A stretch of 63,994 nt of DNA, the filler included, from Choristocarpus tenellus KU-1152 (taxonomy: Eukaryota > Protista > Phaeophyceae), in NCBI GenBank assembly GCA_964200185.2. It is 9 parts of 9 records of this genome, joined end to end, with 100 filler letters (N's around TTAATTAATTAA, not from the genome) between each part and the next. Parts side by side here need not be neighbours in the genome. Positions count along the whole stretch, not along the records: positions 35,989 to 51,331 come from CAXNAD020001014.1; positions 51,432 to 57,321 come from CAXNAD020009494.1; 7 more parts are not named here. One strand, 5' to 3'. Below the pieces are notes generated by a model that was not told where the DNA came from, did no database searches, and worked only from the letters and a program-made list of their open reading frames with translations. Numbering within the stretch: the first letter of the stretch is position 1; every line of letters begins with the position of its first letter. Below are positions 41,315-54,690 of this stretch, piece after piece. Position numbers and translations under genes: made by a program.

Positions 41315-41830
41315 GAGTGAGAGTATCTTAAAGGATACGAGTTTTGCGCTGTTTGTACATTCGGTGCTTGGCTTCCCACGTTTTTTTTATGCCCTTTTTC
41401 GGTTTCTATGTGAACACAGTTGCCTAAGAGTGAAAATATCTTTGAGGGTACGAAATTTACCCTGTTTGTCCATTTGGGACTTGGCTGCCCATGAGTCCAT
41501 ATTTATGACATTTTCCTACTCCGAAATGTCTAGGAGTAGGTAAAGTGTGTTATAATAATACTTGTCCAGAATATGGATATTGACACTCCCTAACAAACGC
41601 AATATCCAAAAGTACATCAAAATCGCAACATTGAATTTTGACCCCCAAATGGACTCGGCTCTACCCTCTAAGATACTTTGGCTCAAAATGTGTACGACTA
41701 TGAGAGGTGTGTCCAGAAAAAAGATACTGACACTTCCAAACAACACGATAGCCAAAATTACATCAAAATCGCAATATTGGATTTTGGACCCCAAACGGAC
41801 GCGGCCCTCCCCTCTTAAATGCTTTGACTC
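41315..41830 (+). mobile_element. Cluster of MITE family 1 pieces: left fragment 41315-41400, full copy 41428-41684, right-half duplicate ~41690-41830
   Basis: Family TIRs and internal sequence recur three times. Confidence 0.85.
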
Positions 41831-42409
41831 TAACCCTTCATCCAGAGCGCCTCCTGTTCCTACTTTCTTCAGTCTCTGGCTATAAAAAATACCGTCATCT
41901 CACTTACTGAAGCAATTCCTGATGAAAACTTAGGGACAACTACACATACACACGGTAAAAGAACAATATTTGAGCTCGTGAAGAGCAAACAAAGATGTAA
42001 TAGCAAAAGAACCCATCTGTGCTGCACCTGTTCGTGTCTTCCTCCTTGCTTGTTGGATTGAGACATCCCATCATCGTACTCTCCAGGTGAATCCTCCCTC
42101 GAACCTTGTCCTGCATCAGCATTGATGTGGATCAGAATTGCACTTTTGTAACCTCATTGTTGGCCTGGCATCCTTTCATTAATTAACTGTATAGCGACGG
42201 ATAGGATATGCGCAGTAGTAGTATACATTCAGCGAAGTGCCTATCCTGTGCATCACGTGGAAGGATTTTGGATAATCAAAACCAGATTTCCATAAAAAGA
42301 AGACTGGCGTCGATGGGGTTTGAACACTAACAACTTATCTATGAAACCATCTCTTCAACATTGGAACCATTCCAATGGATTGATCGTGTCTAAGAAAAAA
42401 CTTCCAACC

Positions 42410-42549
42410 TTCTCGAATACTACTACACTTTGTTTCTGTGTTGAGTGTACTCTTATATTTTCTCCATGTATATTATAACATATTATCAATTAACTTCTAG
42501 AAACTTAAATGTGTGTCCTTAACTTCTAGAAGCAATAAATCGAATGTTC
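42410..42549 (+). promoter_or_regulatory. Cluster of heat-shock elements upstream of the sHSP gene
   Basis: TTCtcGAA 42410-42417, TTCtaGAA 42495-42502, TTCtaGAA 42524-42531 and GAAtgTTC 42542-42549, all 140-280 bp before the ATG. Confidence 0.65.
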
Positions 42550-42690
42550 TTTTACACTTCTTGAGATCATCACAACGAGCTGGCTCTCTCAACCCACCCC
42601 TTACAAACTCACAGCACACATTCCACAAAAAACCACAACATCTAAACTCGAGTACGAAAGTTGACGATTTCCAACGTACTGCCTGTCAGG

Positions 42691-44678
42691 ATGCCAAGGA
42701 CAGCTGCTATAATTCTGTTGCTGTTCATCTTTGGTGGAGCAAAGGCCTTTCATGATGGAGTTCTGTTTCGCTCTGTCGGAACTCCCCTTGGCCGAGTGTC
42801 AGCTTCTACGCCCTTGATACTAATGAGATGGGGGCTCGGCTGTGGACTCGCCCCTAGATCATATCCGTGGGGAAGTGTTGGGCGGCTGAGACGTGCGATT
42901 ACGCCCACTGTTGACTTGACGCCAGCCAAGATCACGCAGTCTCCTACGGAATACAAGCTCACCTTCAACTTTCCAGAGTTGGTCACACGAGATGATGTCC
43001 ATCTGTCGGTCAAAGACCGGATTCTCACCGTCGAGGCTCAATTGTCTCAGGAGAATGACAATGAGAATCGCTTGGGGTGGATAGCGCGGTCTAGCTACAC
43101 GGAGGTGGTTTCGCGCTCGTTCTTGCTTCCCGAAGGAGTAGATGCATCGGGCATCTCAGTTGAGTGGGGTTCTGGAGATGGCAAGGCCGAGGTGACGTTC
43201 CCCATGGAGACTGAGATTATTACGTCAGAGACGTCCAAAGCGGGTGGGAATGGTGAAGTAGATGGGGAGCAACCGGATCGGCATGCGAATATCGGAAGAA
43301 GCAAGGAATCTTGGTCTGGCTCAGCCGAGTACCTGTCCAACCTAAGCTCCACGTCCATGGATAAGGGCAAAGATGCCACCTCCAAGGTTGCTGCGGACGC
43401 CGATCCCAGCAGCAGTGATGGAAGAATAAATGTCGAGGATAATGCTTCATTGTCTGGAGACGAAGTTGTTGGATCGCAGCAAAAACAACAGAGGGAAGAG
43501 CGCCGTCCGCCCCGTTCTATCATGGATGCGTTCGACCAGGAGTTTGAGGATCTGGAGAAGCTGATGTGGGGCGATGCTTCTTCACCGTTCGGGTTTCCTG
43601 GTAGGGTGTTTTTCCCGACTAAGGAAGAGGTAGCTAAGCGCTTCAAGGATGCTCGGGAAAAAGGGGCAGCGAGGGTCAAGGCTATCAATCGTACATCCAT
43701 GGCAGTGAACGTGTCTGAGAAGGATGACGATACCTACCTGATTAGGTGAGATTGGAACGAAGTATTGCTGTGATTGTTATTTTTGGCTGGCTATGAACTG
43801 GATCTCCCTCCTTCTTTTCCGTTAACTGAACAGTAGTCATATTTTCGCGTACTAGTTCCGTCTGTCGCTGCTGTCGTTGTGATTAGAGTTACTCGTCTCT
43901 TTTAAAAACTGTCTATGTTGTGCCTGTGGGTATTACAACCGATGTTGTTATTCATTAATACTATATTAAATGGTACAGTAGTTTTCGCAAGAAGAAATAT
44001 GATGCGTGTTAGTACCCGTGGCAAGCACCTGGAAATGATAAAACAGAACGGGGAGTGGGACTGGAGGGATACGCAAATCACCGCCAGCTTCGATTATTGG
44101 TTGCGAATATTTGATGATTATATGGAAAGATAGTACGCGAGTAGTTTGGTAGTTGAGGACCCTTCACTCTTGACTCTTTTCACTGTATCTCTCGACAATG
44201 TTTCCCAGTCATCCAGCGGGACTGGACTCTATTTGAGGCCAAGTATCACAACGAGTAGCAATAAATTTATGGACAGGCCTCTTATCTGTTCGCGAACGAA
44301 CCTCTACCCCCTTCCTTACCTATCCCTCTCACCCTTTACACCCTACCCATCATGCACTCTCTGATCACACACTCCAGGGTGGATCTTCCTGAGGGGGCAA
44401 CGCGCAAAGACGTCAAGCTCACTATCCTGCCTGGTCAAACCTTGCTCAAGATCTCCTTCAGTCCCATGACCGAAGTCTCCTCGGTTGGTCGCTTCAGATT
44501 TGGTGGATCAAAGACGGTACGACTACCGAGGGATGCCGATGTGACTACCATCACTGCACGTTTTGAGGCCGAAGATGTTAAAACGGAGGAAGCAGGTGTG
44601 GAGGATGGCGTTTCTGCTGTGGAGGTGATGGTGTCAAAGGCTCAGCGCCTAGATCCCATCCAGATCAATATTCTGTGA
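42691..44678 (+). CDS. Small heat-shock protein (HSP20 family) with two alpha-crystallin domains, predicted plastid-targeted, 451 aa
   Basis: Exons 42691-43745 and 44378-44678 (phase-2 GT-AG). ACD1: ITQSPTEYKLTFNFPELVTRDDVHLSVKDRILTV...SRSFLLPEGVD. ACD2: VNVSEKDDDTYLIRVDLPEGATRKDVKL...KTVRLPRDADVTTITARF...IQINIL. N-terminus MPRTAAIILLLFIFGGAKA|F. Confidence 0.85.
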
Positions 44679-47600
44679 GCCAACGAGTTCCGCCAAACAC
44701 TGTGATGTTGGGCATGTGTATAAAGGAAGGACATGAGAAAGGTTGTTGAGTTTAGTCTCCTGACCCTTCTCCCTTCTGCTAAGAGCAGTTGCAGATACAC
44801 TACATGCATTTCTTTTGTTCACTGGTAGGGATCTGGAGAGAGGGCATGTTCTGGTGTACAGAAAAGAAGGGAAGTTCCATAGCGCTCCCTCCTCCCCTTT
44901 CTGCGACTTGTGCTCTGGGGCAAGTCGTATATTCCTAGAGGCACTGGTGCCTTTACCTCTATGGCAAGAAAGTTAAGTGTGCCTTGGAGTAGTTTAATGG
45001 TATGTGCCTAGAGAAATCAGTGCTCGGGGGAGTTGGTGTCATTGTTGGAGTGCTGCTGATTTGATTATTTTATTGACACGCTTGCTTTGACCAGGACGTT
45101 GTTGAAGATGTCATATTTTGGTGTTGAGCGCACTTTTTCTGGAAAAAAGAGTGGTCTGCTCTAGAAAGCAAGATGCCTGTTGATGTTGAAGAATACCAAC
45201 AGGAAAACGGGGATTGCCAGAGGTTGTGGCGACTTTTTCACTTTACCCTTGCCATAATATATATATATATGGAGATTTCTCACGTAAAGAGCGGAGCGCT
45301 TTGACTCAGTGTTTTTTTCTATGAATTGGTGATGCATGTTAGGAGTTTGGGGCAGCTCTCAATAGATTTATCAAGTAGAGGGAACGTGAGAGGAGGGGGT
45401 GGTTGTAATGCAAATCAATGGTGTTATCTTGCAGCATCGAATCCCCTCTCCATGTATGCTATGCGTAATGAATGGTAGATTAGTTTAGGTCTTAGTCACG
45501 ATCAACTTCTTGAATGGGTATGGACACGTCACAGGCAGTAGCAAAGCGCGCGCAATTTATGCCATGAGTGCCGTGTTGAGTGGAGGTTGTAGCGAATGAA
45601 TATATGTATATGTATATGATGTTGTCATTGGAACAATGTGCGGGGCCAAATAATGTGTAGTTTACTTAGTAATAATGACTGATAATTGATTTCAAGACAA
45701 ACCCTTTCTTGTTGTTTTAGTCTGTGTGAACAAACAGAACTTGTTAGTGTGGCAACTAAAGCGTGTTCCCACAAGCTAGCTCCCTTCATCTTTGTGAGCT
45801 CAGTTTTGCTCACATGGGCTTGAGCGAAATACGAATCCCCTCTACTGTAGAGTTTTGCCGCCTTCACATCAACACCAAACAAGATCCTACCTTTTTGTTT
45901 TATCTGAGAGACATTTTCATTTATGAAAATCCAGCATGATGAAGCGGCAAAGAAGAGTGGCCCATCGTAATACCTCAGACTTGAAACAAAGACCCATACG
46001 CTGCTGACTGCCCAACCAGGTCCCTTTGTCCTTCTTCCCCACCCTCAAGAAAGATGTCCCTAAGCCCATGCTTGGAACTCTGGAGTTAATTTGTTGGATT
46101 TTTAACTTTGACCTTGAATCAACCTATTTGATGTTAACTTTAGAAACTTGGCACTTTCCACATACATGGAACATACAGCTAGATTGAGATGAATAAATCG
46201 GGCGCTCTGAAGAAGCATCAGCTGTCAGTACCAGACCCAAGTGGGCTTCATTTTTGCCCTCTCCTTCACACAATTCACCTTCTGCGGCTCAGTTGCAAAC
46301 CAATCTGGGACCTTGTCAGACTCTAGGTCGTTTTCGTCCCACCCTTTGCATTCCCTTGCCTTCATGTTTTGCATTCATGGCGAGGGCATACTGTCTGGTC
46401 GATACATCGATGTTCATACCAAGTACTCACTTATGATCTGGGTGCTCACTCCCGCTGTCCTCCCAGTACCAGTACACACTTGGCTTATGAACCCATAGAA
46501 GTCTTTATAAAGGTTGGCTGTGTGCTTCACATAACTCTGAAGTGGAACCTCCCCCTTCTCCGAATAGTTGGCCTGTTGGATTTGGATTTAGATGTATCGT
46601 AATTCAATCGAGTCGTAGTGATTCCCCTATGATTCAAACCAGACCCATTTCTATATTTACTTGGGTTTCACCAACCTGGAGTAGTTCCCACCAAGAAGAT
46701 ATGAATGTTAAGGATGTGTCGATCGAGGGGTACTTTTCGTTTCTGCTTCCTGAGTAGGAATATACTCTTAGGCTGACCGCAAGAAAGCAGTAGGTAGGTA
46801 TCGTACTTTTACCTGCACCATAGAGTTATACACCTATATTCAATTTATTTATGGATTGGCTGGTACCATGTGTATGATGCCGGTGTTTTTCGTTTATGTG
46901 TTTAGGCTTGGACTTGTCACCAACTATACTACCATGTATGATGTATCTGGGAAATGCCAACATCTGCTGACTTGGAAATCAAAGGTTGGCAAACACAGCA
47001 TGGCACTATCCTACTTACTTCTGAGGGTATATGTATTGCGGAAGATAGATGGCGTCAACAGTTTCTTGCTTCATTATGCTGTACCGCTGACAGCACCACA
47101 TTACTAATATCCTATTTTTTCGTTGTTCAATGAAGCTAGAGGCTGCCCCTAGGAGCATGTCCAGATCTTGCCTTATATCACAAAATATTGTTGTATCAGC
47201 TAGAAGAATCACTTGTATCACATCCTAAAAAAAAACAGTCCAATACATAGCATATACTCAGCGCTTGGTAATACTTCATGACCGCTGACTCCATACTATA
47301 TTTTAGTTATTCCTAACTCTCAATTTAAATTGAAGATGAAAACAAAAAAAGAGATGGATCACACGGACGTGGACACATCATCTCTGAAGGGATCACAGAA
47401 TAGGACAACTAAAAATAACAGTCAATGAAGTAAGGTGGAAGTTGTAGGATTGGTGTTGTGGTCTTGAGTCAGATATGGATGTTGAGTTCTACCTAGGCAT
47501 AAACAATTATGCAAGGAAAAATAAATAGGCCCGTGTGGGAGGGGTTGGAACCCTCAGGGCATAGAGAGGGACGAGGGAGGAGAGGACGACGTGAGCCACA

Positions 47601-50600
47601 ACTCCTTCCTTCTTTGTGCATGAGGGAGCTTATATTAAAGTCAAGGTAGGTGTTGCGTTGGAATCTGAACATCTTAGCTACTACATAGGAGCTATATAGA
47701 GAGATGGTGCTAGAAAAGAATTTTTGAAACAAGTAAGCATTAGCCCACGGTCGAGTATACGCTTGAGGATTAGACCCGGTACTGTAAAGAGGTGAAGTAA
47801 TACCATATGGTGTACAAGTTGAAGAGATGCATAATAGGAGGACTCAAACTTTCAAACTTATCACAAAGGGAAATTTATCTCTATAGAGTCGGTAGATTTG
47901 TTAGGGGATGAATTACTGGGTAAAACAGCTCCATAGAGCCGGTGCTGGCTTGTACAGACAGACACCTAAATGAGAGATGAAAAGGTGTCATTATAGAGCT
48001 GGTTTTCTTGATCTTTAATAAAAAGTATGCTCGAGGATGAGAGCGTGTACTGGTAAAGAGAGGTGAAGTAGGATGGTAAGGTATAGGTTGCAGCGATGTA
48101 CAATAGAACTAGAACTTCAAATAAGTGGGTAAGGAGTGAAAACAGCTCCATATAGAGCTAGTAGATTTGTAAGGGCAGGAAGAACTGCCAAGAGTCCATG
48201 ATAGTAAGTTTTCCAAACATATTATTATACTCATTAGGAAAACGTTGTATGCGCGAGCGAGCGGGGATAGAACCGATACTGGCAACATACATACACAGAA
48301 GACGGATGGATGGACAGGGCCTTCTTGGTTTTATGGTGTATATATGTAGAAACCGTCTTTTGCACACGATTCATAAGCACAATAATCTACTAGCAGTGGG
48401 ACTCTTCCATGTTTAAGGACGCCTTTATAGGAGGACCAGGTTAGGGTTTAGAGGAGTTTCTGCTATTATTTCTATAGTTCTGTAAAAGTAGTATGTTTTT
48501 TGTTTTCTTGTTTTTCAAATAGATTATTAATACTACACTCTTGCTGGTGTATTGGAAGGACTTTAATGTAAGTTATACAGTGTTCCTGCGTTTCTTCGTA
48601 TCCCCTCATCTATAAAAACATATTCTATGATTCGTGCGATCTTAAAATTATTGTTATAATTACTACTATTACAAACACAATTGGATTTAAAATAGAGAAG
48701 GTTGGCCCACATCATCCCACATGGAATTGGTTGTATGTCATATGAAAAAGGAATTCCACATAAGAATCATATATATATATATATAACCGCTCAATGAAGC
48801 ATATGAGACAGTCAGGGTGAGGAGTTATAGATGGAAGTCAAAGGATCGGTGTGGTTTAGAATCATGTAATACTCATATATATATACATAATAAGTGTGTG
48901 TATGATGTCGAGATCTGCAGAGATTACAAGGAATGTACCTTGATACTGTGGTAGCTGCAACTTTGGAGTACTCTTGATTATGTCATTGATTGGGTTTACA
49001 GGATTGAATGTTTGGGGAATCAGGTAAAGTTGTGGTTAACAGTTAGACGATGCGATTGAGTGAAGGCATAGTGCATTGCCAAAGGTGTTGGGAGGTCTTC
49101 ATCTTCACACGATGAGTGTTGTTGTAAGTTCATTGACCTGGATGATCTTCTGTAATTAGTAGTAAGTGGGAATACTGTATGTATATAGTTAGTATTGACC
49201 CAAAGTAAACGAGAGGTACGCAGGTTTGGTCGTTTCCATTTAAAGCCATTTTTTTCAATCTTTTGCATTTCACCCATCATACTTCTATGGTTGAACCTAA
49301 GTCTGACCTGAGATTGTTGACTTCCCTATTATTCCAAGACTTTTCGACAGAATTCATAAAGTATCCTATGTGCTTTTGAAAAAGTGTTAAATTTGCATAT
49401 ACTTGTTAGTATCCTTATCTGTAACTGTGGGTACCTCTCGTTTGCCTCGACTCAATATTATAAACAGCAATTGTGAAATAGGGGGAAAACCAGCAAACAG
49501 GTTCTTCAGACTGAAGGGGAGCGAGAAGATCCACAGGATAGCATACGGATGTCCCAGTCTCAACAACGGCCAAGAGACCTGCTGAAAAGGAAAGCAAACT
49601 GAACCTTCTTGAAACGGGAAACCCCCCCCCGAAGTATATCTGGAAAATGTTAGAGGGAATAATAATAATATTTTTTTTATCGTTTTGCCCTCGACATTTT
49701 GAGTATGTGTTAGGGGAAAAGTCAACAAAAACTATTCACATGTCATAATATATGTATAGTTTTCATTATCCAATTTAATATATTATATTACTATGCCCTC
49801 TGACATTTTGCAGATGTGTCAGGGGGGAAACCAATGAAAACTATCCATATGTCGTTATTAGCCCTAAAGAGAAAAAAGATCCTAAACGTAAGAACACTAT
49901 AAAACATTGCAAGTGTGGAAACCACTAATCAGTTACTTCATCACTATCAAATATTGTACTACAGTCTTCCTTAGCTTCCCATCTACCTACTCCTGTGCCC
50001 CGGAGGGGGGAGCTAGAGAGGCATCCCAAGAATCCAACAGACCCCTCCGTGCCCATCACTCTAGATATATATTATGTGTGTGTGGAAAGCAGGTTTGTCT
50101 GTTGTTATGCCGTTATTACCGTATGGTATATACCGTTATACCGATTGAGGTTGTGTTCTGAGAACTTCGGTTCAACTGTGTGAAGGATGTTCGGAGTGAT
50201 AGATTACGGTGTCTTCCCGTAACGTCTCTTTATGAGTATGTTTTTTCGAAGGCTGATCTCCCATCTCTGAAACCCATCCGAATCTTCATCCTTCCCACTT
50301 CCCCTCAGTTCCCCTGCAAGTCCTATCAGTCTTTCATTTGTCCAACCATATCCTTGTCCTCTCCGTTACGGTTCGTCTTTGTCAGTCTCGTCCGTCATGC
50401 CCGGTGATTCTCTTCACCACCCTTGTCTGAGTGAACCACGCCCCCACAGAATCACCCGATTCATATATATGAATAAATGAAGACGCGAAAAAATAAATAA
50501 AACTAGTAAATTAGCTAAACCAAATTGCGAGGTAGGGTGGTGTGGACCCTACTGTATTCTTAGTCGCCTTTCAAACCCTGTGCAATGCACTCCATTTCTC

Positions 50601-51227
50601 TGCTTCATCATGTGCACATTGGTATATACAGAATTGATATTGCCCCTTCCACAGACAAAGTGACACCACAAACAAGAAAAAGGCTCTTTCTGCGATTTTA
50701 CAAGATGGCGTCTTTCTGTCCTTTCTCGGGATACATAAAATGCAACCCTGCCTACCTCTCTCAATTGGTTTTGCTCATATATTTAGTGGAAGACGTGAAG
50801 TTATGTTGCCCTATAGAAGAAAATAATATGCATCCCGAGCTGAAGGATGGCAATGATCTGATGGTGTGGAAATACTCATCTTACATATTACAGAAATGTG
50901 TGTAGAGGCCACTCTTTTACCGTGGGCAACACAGGGATAGAGTTGACCATTCGCCATCACTGAATCAATTGTTGGAGTCAAAACAGTTCTCCTCATATAT
51001 ATAAGAAAATTGTTGTAGAAAGGGGCACCAAAATAGAAAACGAGAGCAAAGAAGGAAAATAAAGGGAAAAAAAACTAGTGTGAAAGATTCATTTTAAAAA
51101 AATGAAGTCGAGTCTCTCGGGTCATATCTAGTTCCTACGAAGAGTTTAATGAATCACCTGTGGATTGAATGAAGAAAGAATTTGAGGTATACCGTACGAT
51201 ATATTTTTGTGTTACATAGTCTCAATG

Positions 51228-51331
51228 GTGATCGTAGTTACAACCTCAACACCTTTGCGGTGGAAAGTTTTGGGTGCCTCAGCAAGCAAGCGGAATGCTT
51301 CCTGGATGAGCTGGCTACTTACATGGTAGGG
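51228..51331 (+). mobile_element. CRE-like endonuclease fragment at a contig end
   Basis: DRSYNLNTFAVESFGCLSKQAECFLDELAT, near-identical to 28120-28212. Confidence 0.75.
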
Positions 51332-52089
51332 NNNNNNNNNNNNNNNNNNNNNNNNNNNNNNNNNNNNNNNNNNNNTTAATTAATTAANNNNNNNNNNNNN
51401 NNNNNNNNNNNNNNNNNNNNNNNNNNNNNNNCCACTTCACCCCGTGCCTTTGAGCTAGAAGACATCTCCCCCGCCGTAACTTGCCCTCCCCTCCCCCCCC
51501 CCCTCCCAGTGTTCCCATCATTCGTGAGCAAGCAACAGGGTGGTGCGCGGGAGAGCTTGCTCGGATGTTGCCTCGGTCTCCCCTCCTCGTCCTGTACCCC
51601 CTGGTTCTCTTCCCTTTTATCATTCACTGAATGCTGTTTCCCCCTTTCTTCTACCACTCATTTCCGTTAACCTTCTCTTCCCTTAACTATTCGTTCTATT
51701 CCTGCTTCTTTTTTTTCCCCTGCGCCCATTTGTGCTGTGCCCCCAGTCAACCAGAATTCTTCCGCCAACAAAACTCGGATTATTTCATAAACTCTCACTT
51801 TGAATACTCTCCAGAATTGTGAAATACCAACATAAGGATATAATTTAATATTGTGATTTATACTTCCGTAATAAAATGAATCATAACTCTTGCAGCCCCA
51901 GTAAAGAAGTAAGAGTTTTCTTCACGTGTTCATATTTTATAGGTTTGTGCAAACACTAAAGGGGTTGCTCAACAAAATCTTAAGAAAAATAGGGCAGCCT
52001 ACATCTATCTATCTAAGCTTCTGACCCCGAAGTCGTCCAAAACCCCATCTCCTTCACAGTGTTTTGCTGTATCCACTGGGGCATTCGGG

Positions 52090-53607
52090 GGGTGCTTGCC
52101 CACCTTCTCAGCCTTTTCCTTGCTAAGATGGGGAATTTTGAAGACATCACCCTTGGACCCAAACACTTCACCGTAGACTGCGAATACAATCTGTCAGAGG
52201 CACTCAAGTGTCTCTCAAGGGTACACATCAAACGCTTCCATTGTGGCCCACACCAGCTACTCTGTGTTGGTCACCCCCATGTCTTCCTTCAGCTGCCGGA
52301 TTGAACAAAAGAATCCCAGGTCGTTGATGTTTAGGTCAGGTGAGTTGGTTGACTGGATCTATATGACAATGTCACCCCCCATCGCCTCCCCGATTACCTC
52401 CATAATCCTCCCCTTGGTGTGTGACTTTGCCCTGTCCAGCTGGACAAAGATGGTTTGTCCTTCCAGCCAAGGCATGTGGGCTTTGATTGCAGGGATGGCA
52501 TCTCGATCATGAGCTTCTATTTATGCCTCTCTCTCCCCATCCACTATGGCTGGCACAAGCACCTTGGTGCCCTTAAGGCAATGTTTGCTGGAGCGCTGAG
52601 AGACCTAAGTTTCAATGATCGACCAGATCCCGATCTTCCTATCAAACCACACCCAGCTGGAGTGTTTCCTGGGGCGGGCCACAGCAGCAAGGAACATCAC
52701 CTTTGCAATGTAGTAACTAATTCTTTGCCTGTGGGAATTTGGAGGGGTCCTCAGTCGAGTGCAAGCACATACCCTACCCATCTTTGAGGATGTAAAGCCA
52801 CTTGTCCACATGTACCCAGTCATTCACTACTACCCACTTCCACCCCTCCTGTGTCTGTGACTGATGATGTATCCCACCCTATTGACTTTTTGCTGTCTGA
52901 GAGGGCCAGCATAATCCGCCACTTAACCTTGACCTTATTGCGCTTGCACAATCCCACAATGAGGCAAAGGAGAGTCTAGCTTTGGCCACCAATTTACTGA
53001 AGAATGTGCAGTGTACCAATGGGACATTCCAAACGTTGAAGACACTTGTAGATCGACCATATTACCCCTTATGACATCGTGCAAGGTCCATGCATTCACC
53101 CCGTACGATCTGACTGCCGTACTCCTTCAGAAGATGGAAGACAGTGATAAGAGAAATTCCGAAGTCCTCTACGGTGGCCGTCACTGTTCCCCGAGGCATC
53201 CTAGTCTCATGCCCTCTCATCTCCACGTATCACACCACTACATTGTTCTTTGTCAGGGGTGTTTGAGTCTGGACCCCTAACAGACTCCTGAGTCGAAGAA
53301 TTTGGATCAATAGGTGACAACGAGATGAGCGAGCCGTTCGAATGATGAGGGGCCTTTGTCCTAGGCATCCCAATTTACACCCTCTTTGACAGTCTTAAGA
53401 CGTGGAACCCTGTCAAATGCAATTTGGTCAACTTTGTACTGATGATCCTCCACAGTCATGACAGCCCACCATACCTCAAACTTTGCACGCCTCCCAATCT
53501 ATGGAAGAACTAAACCTCGTGCAGAGGGATTATCACTTGGGTCGTTCCAGGGTTAGAACAGAGCTTTTGTAAGTTGTATTATATCTAATTCTGAACGTAG
53601 TGGGAAG
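52090..53607 (-). mobile_element. Second mariner family B relic
   Basis: Reverse complement is collinear with 39628-41314 minus the MITE; KVMFLAAVARPRK and TNSPDLNINDLGFF. Confidence 0.85.
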
Positions 53608-54690
53608 ACTAGCTCTTTGGCGGAACTAGAATAAAACGAATATTGATACTGATGCAAGTGCGGTGGACTCAGCAACACTCAAATAGTGCTTATCTGGACA
53701 TGGTAGGTGCCTCTTACTACTACTATCATGTGGTGATGTCATGGATGGCTCATGGCCAAGACCACTTCAATATTCTGATTATCCTCAATTCTCTTTTGTA
53801 CCTCAAAACCACACATGCAAGCAAGTCTGGCATAGAGAGCCACAGAAGAGGCATGAAAAAAGTGCAGGAAATATTGGAACAGGTTGGTTGCTGAAGACAC
53901 TTCGGTCAAAAACTATGCATGGGGAAAACCAGCAATCAATGCATCAGCCACAGAGCTCCCTCTCCCCCCCCCACAAATAATCCCCATACTGTAACCTATG
54001 ATAACCACACACACCTTAAGAGAAATTACCACACTACGAGCACCTCATATTGGAGTACAACACACACAACATAAAGTGTTATTCATAAATGTACTTGAAC
54101 TAGTAGGTTGATCTACACCAGCACCTCGCCCATAACTATGCTATCACCGAGATGTCCCCAGAATAACAAGAATAATCCCCTCAAGTGCACCCTTTCCTAC
54201 TACATACTGCACAAACTCCACCTACAACCCAGACAGGAAATGAACCCACTCTTGTATCACACCCAAAACACCCACACTCTCTAGCAACAACCTGCTTAGC
54301 CACTCTCCATGAACGACCACATGAAGTCTCTTCCTACAGCAAATAGGTGAAGAGCACTAACCCTGCTACATAGGTTATTCCACCACCAACAATCACAACA
54401 CATACATGTAACCCTACACCCTCAGGGAGGCACTTCTTCTGCAACCTGTGTGGATCACAAACAGCACCCCATAGATACTTCTCCCTCCCATACCAGATCA
54501 TTCCACACACTCCCACCAACATACAACCTCAAAGACTCTGCTTTATGCATGCTTTGAGTTGCCCTAAGGACTCCCTTTGAAGACATTGTCATACTCATCC
54601 ACCACATCTCCTACCTACAGCAACACTTTCTTTTTGATGTCATGGAACATGCACTCCCTTCCTCCATCAACCCATCACAGCTCTGTTCAA

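Noticed and set aside
43095-43700. Minus-strand 201-aa ORF
   Set aside because: Antisense shadow of the sHSP exon.
45600-49600. Coding-looking stretches, including a possible EDL.HLWQC Zn-knuckle near 49080 and a local degenerate duplication at 47760-48170
   Set aside because: Too decayed to assign by eye; probably old TE debris.
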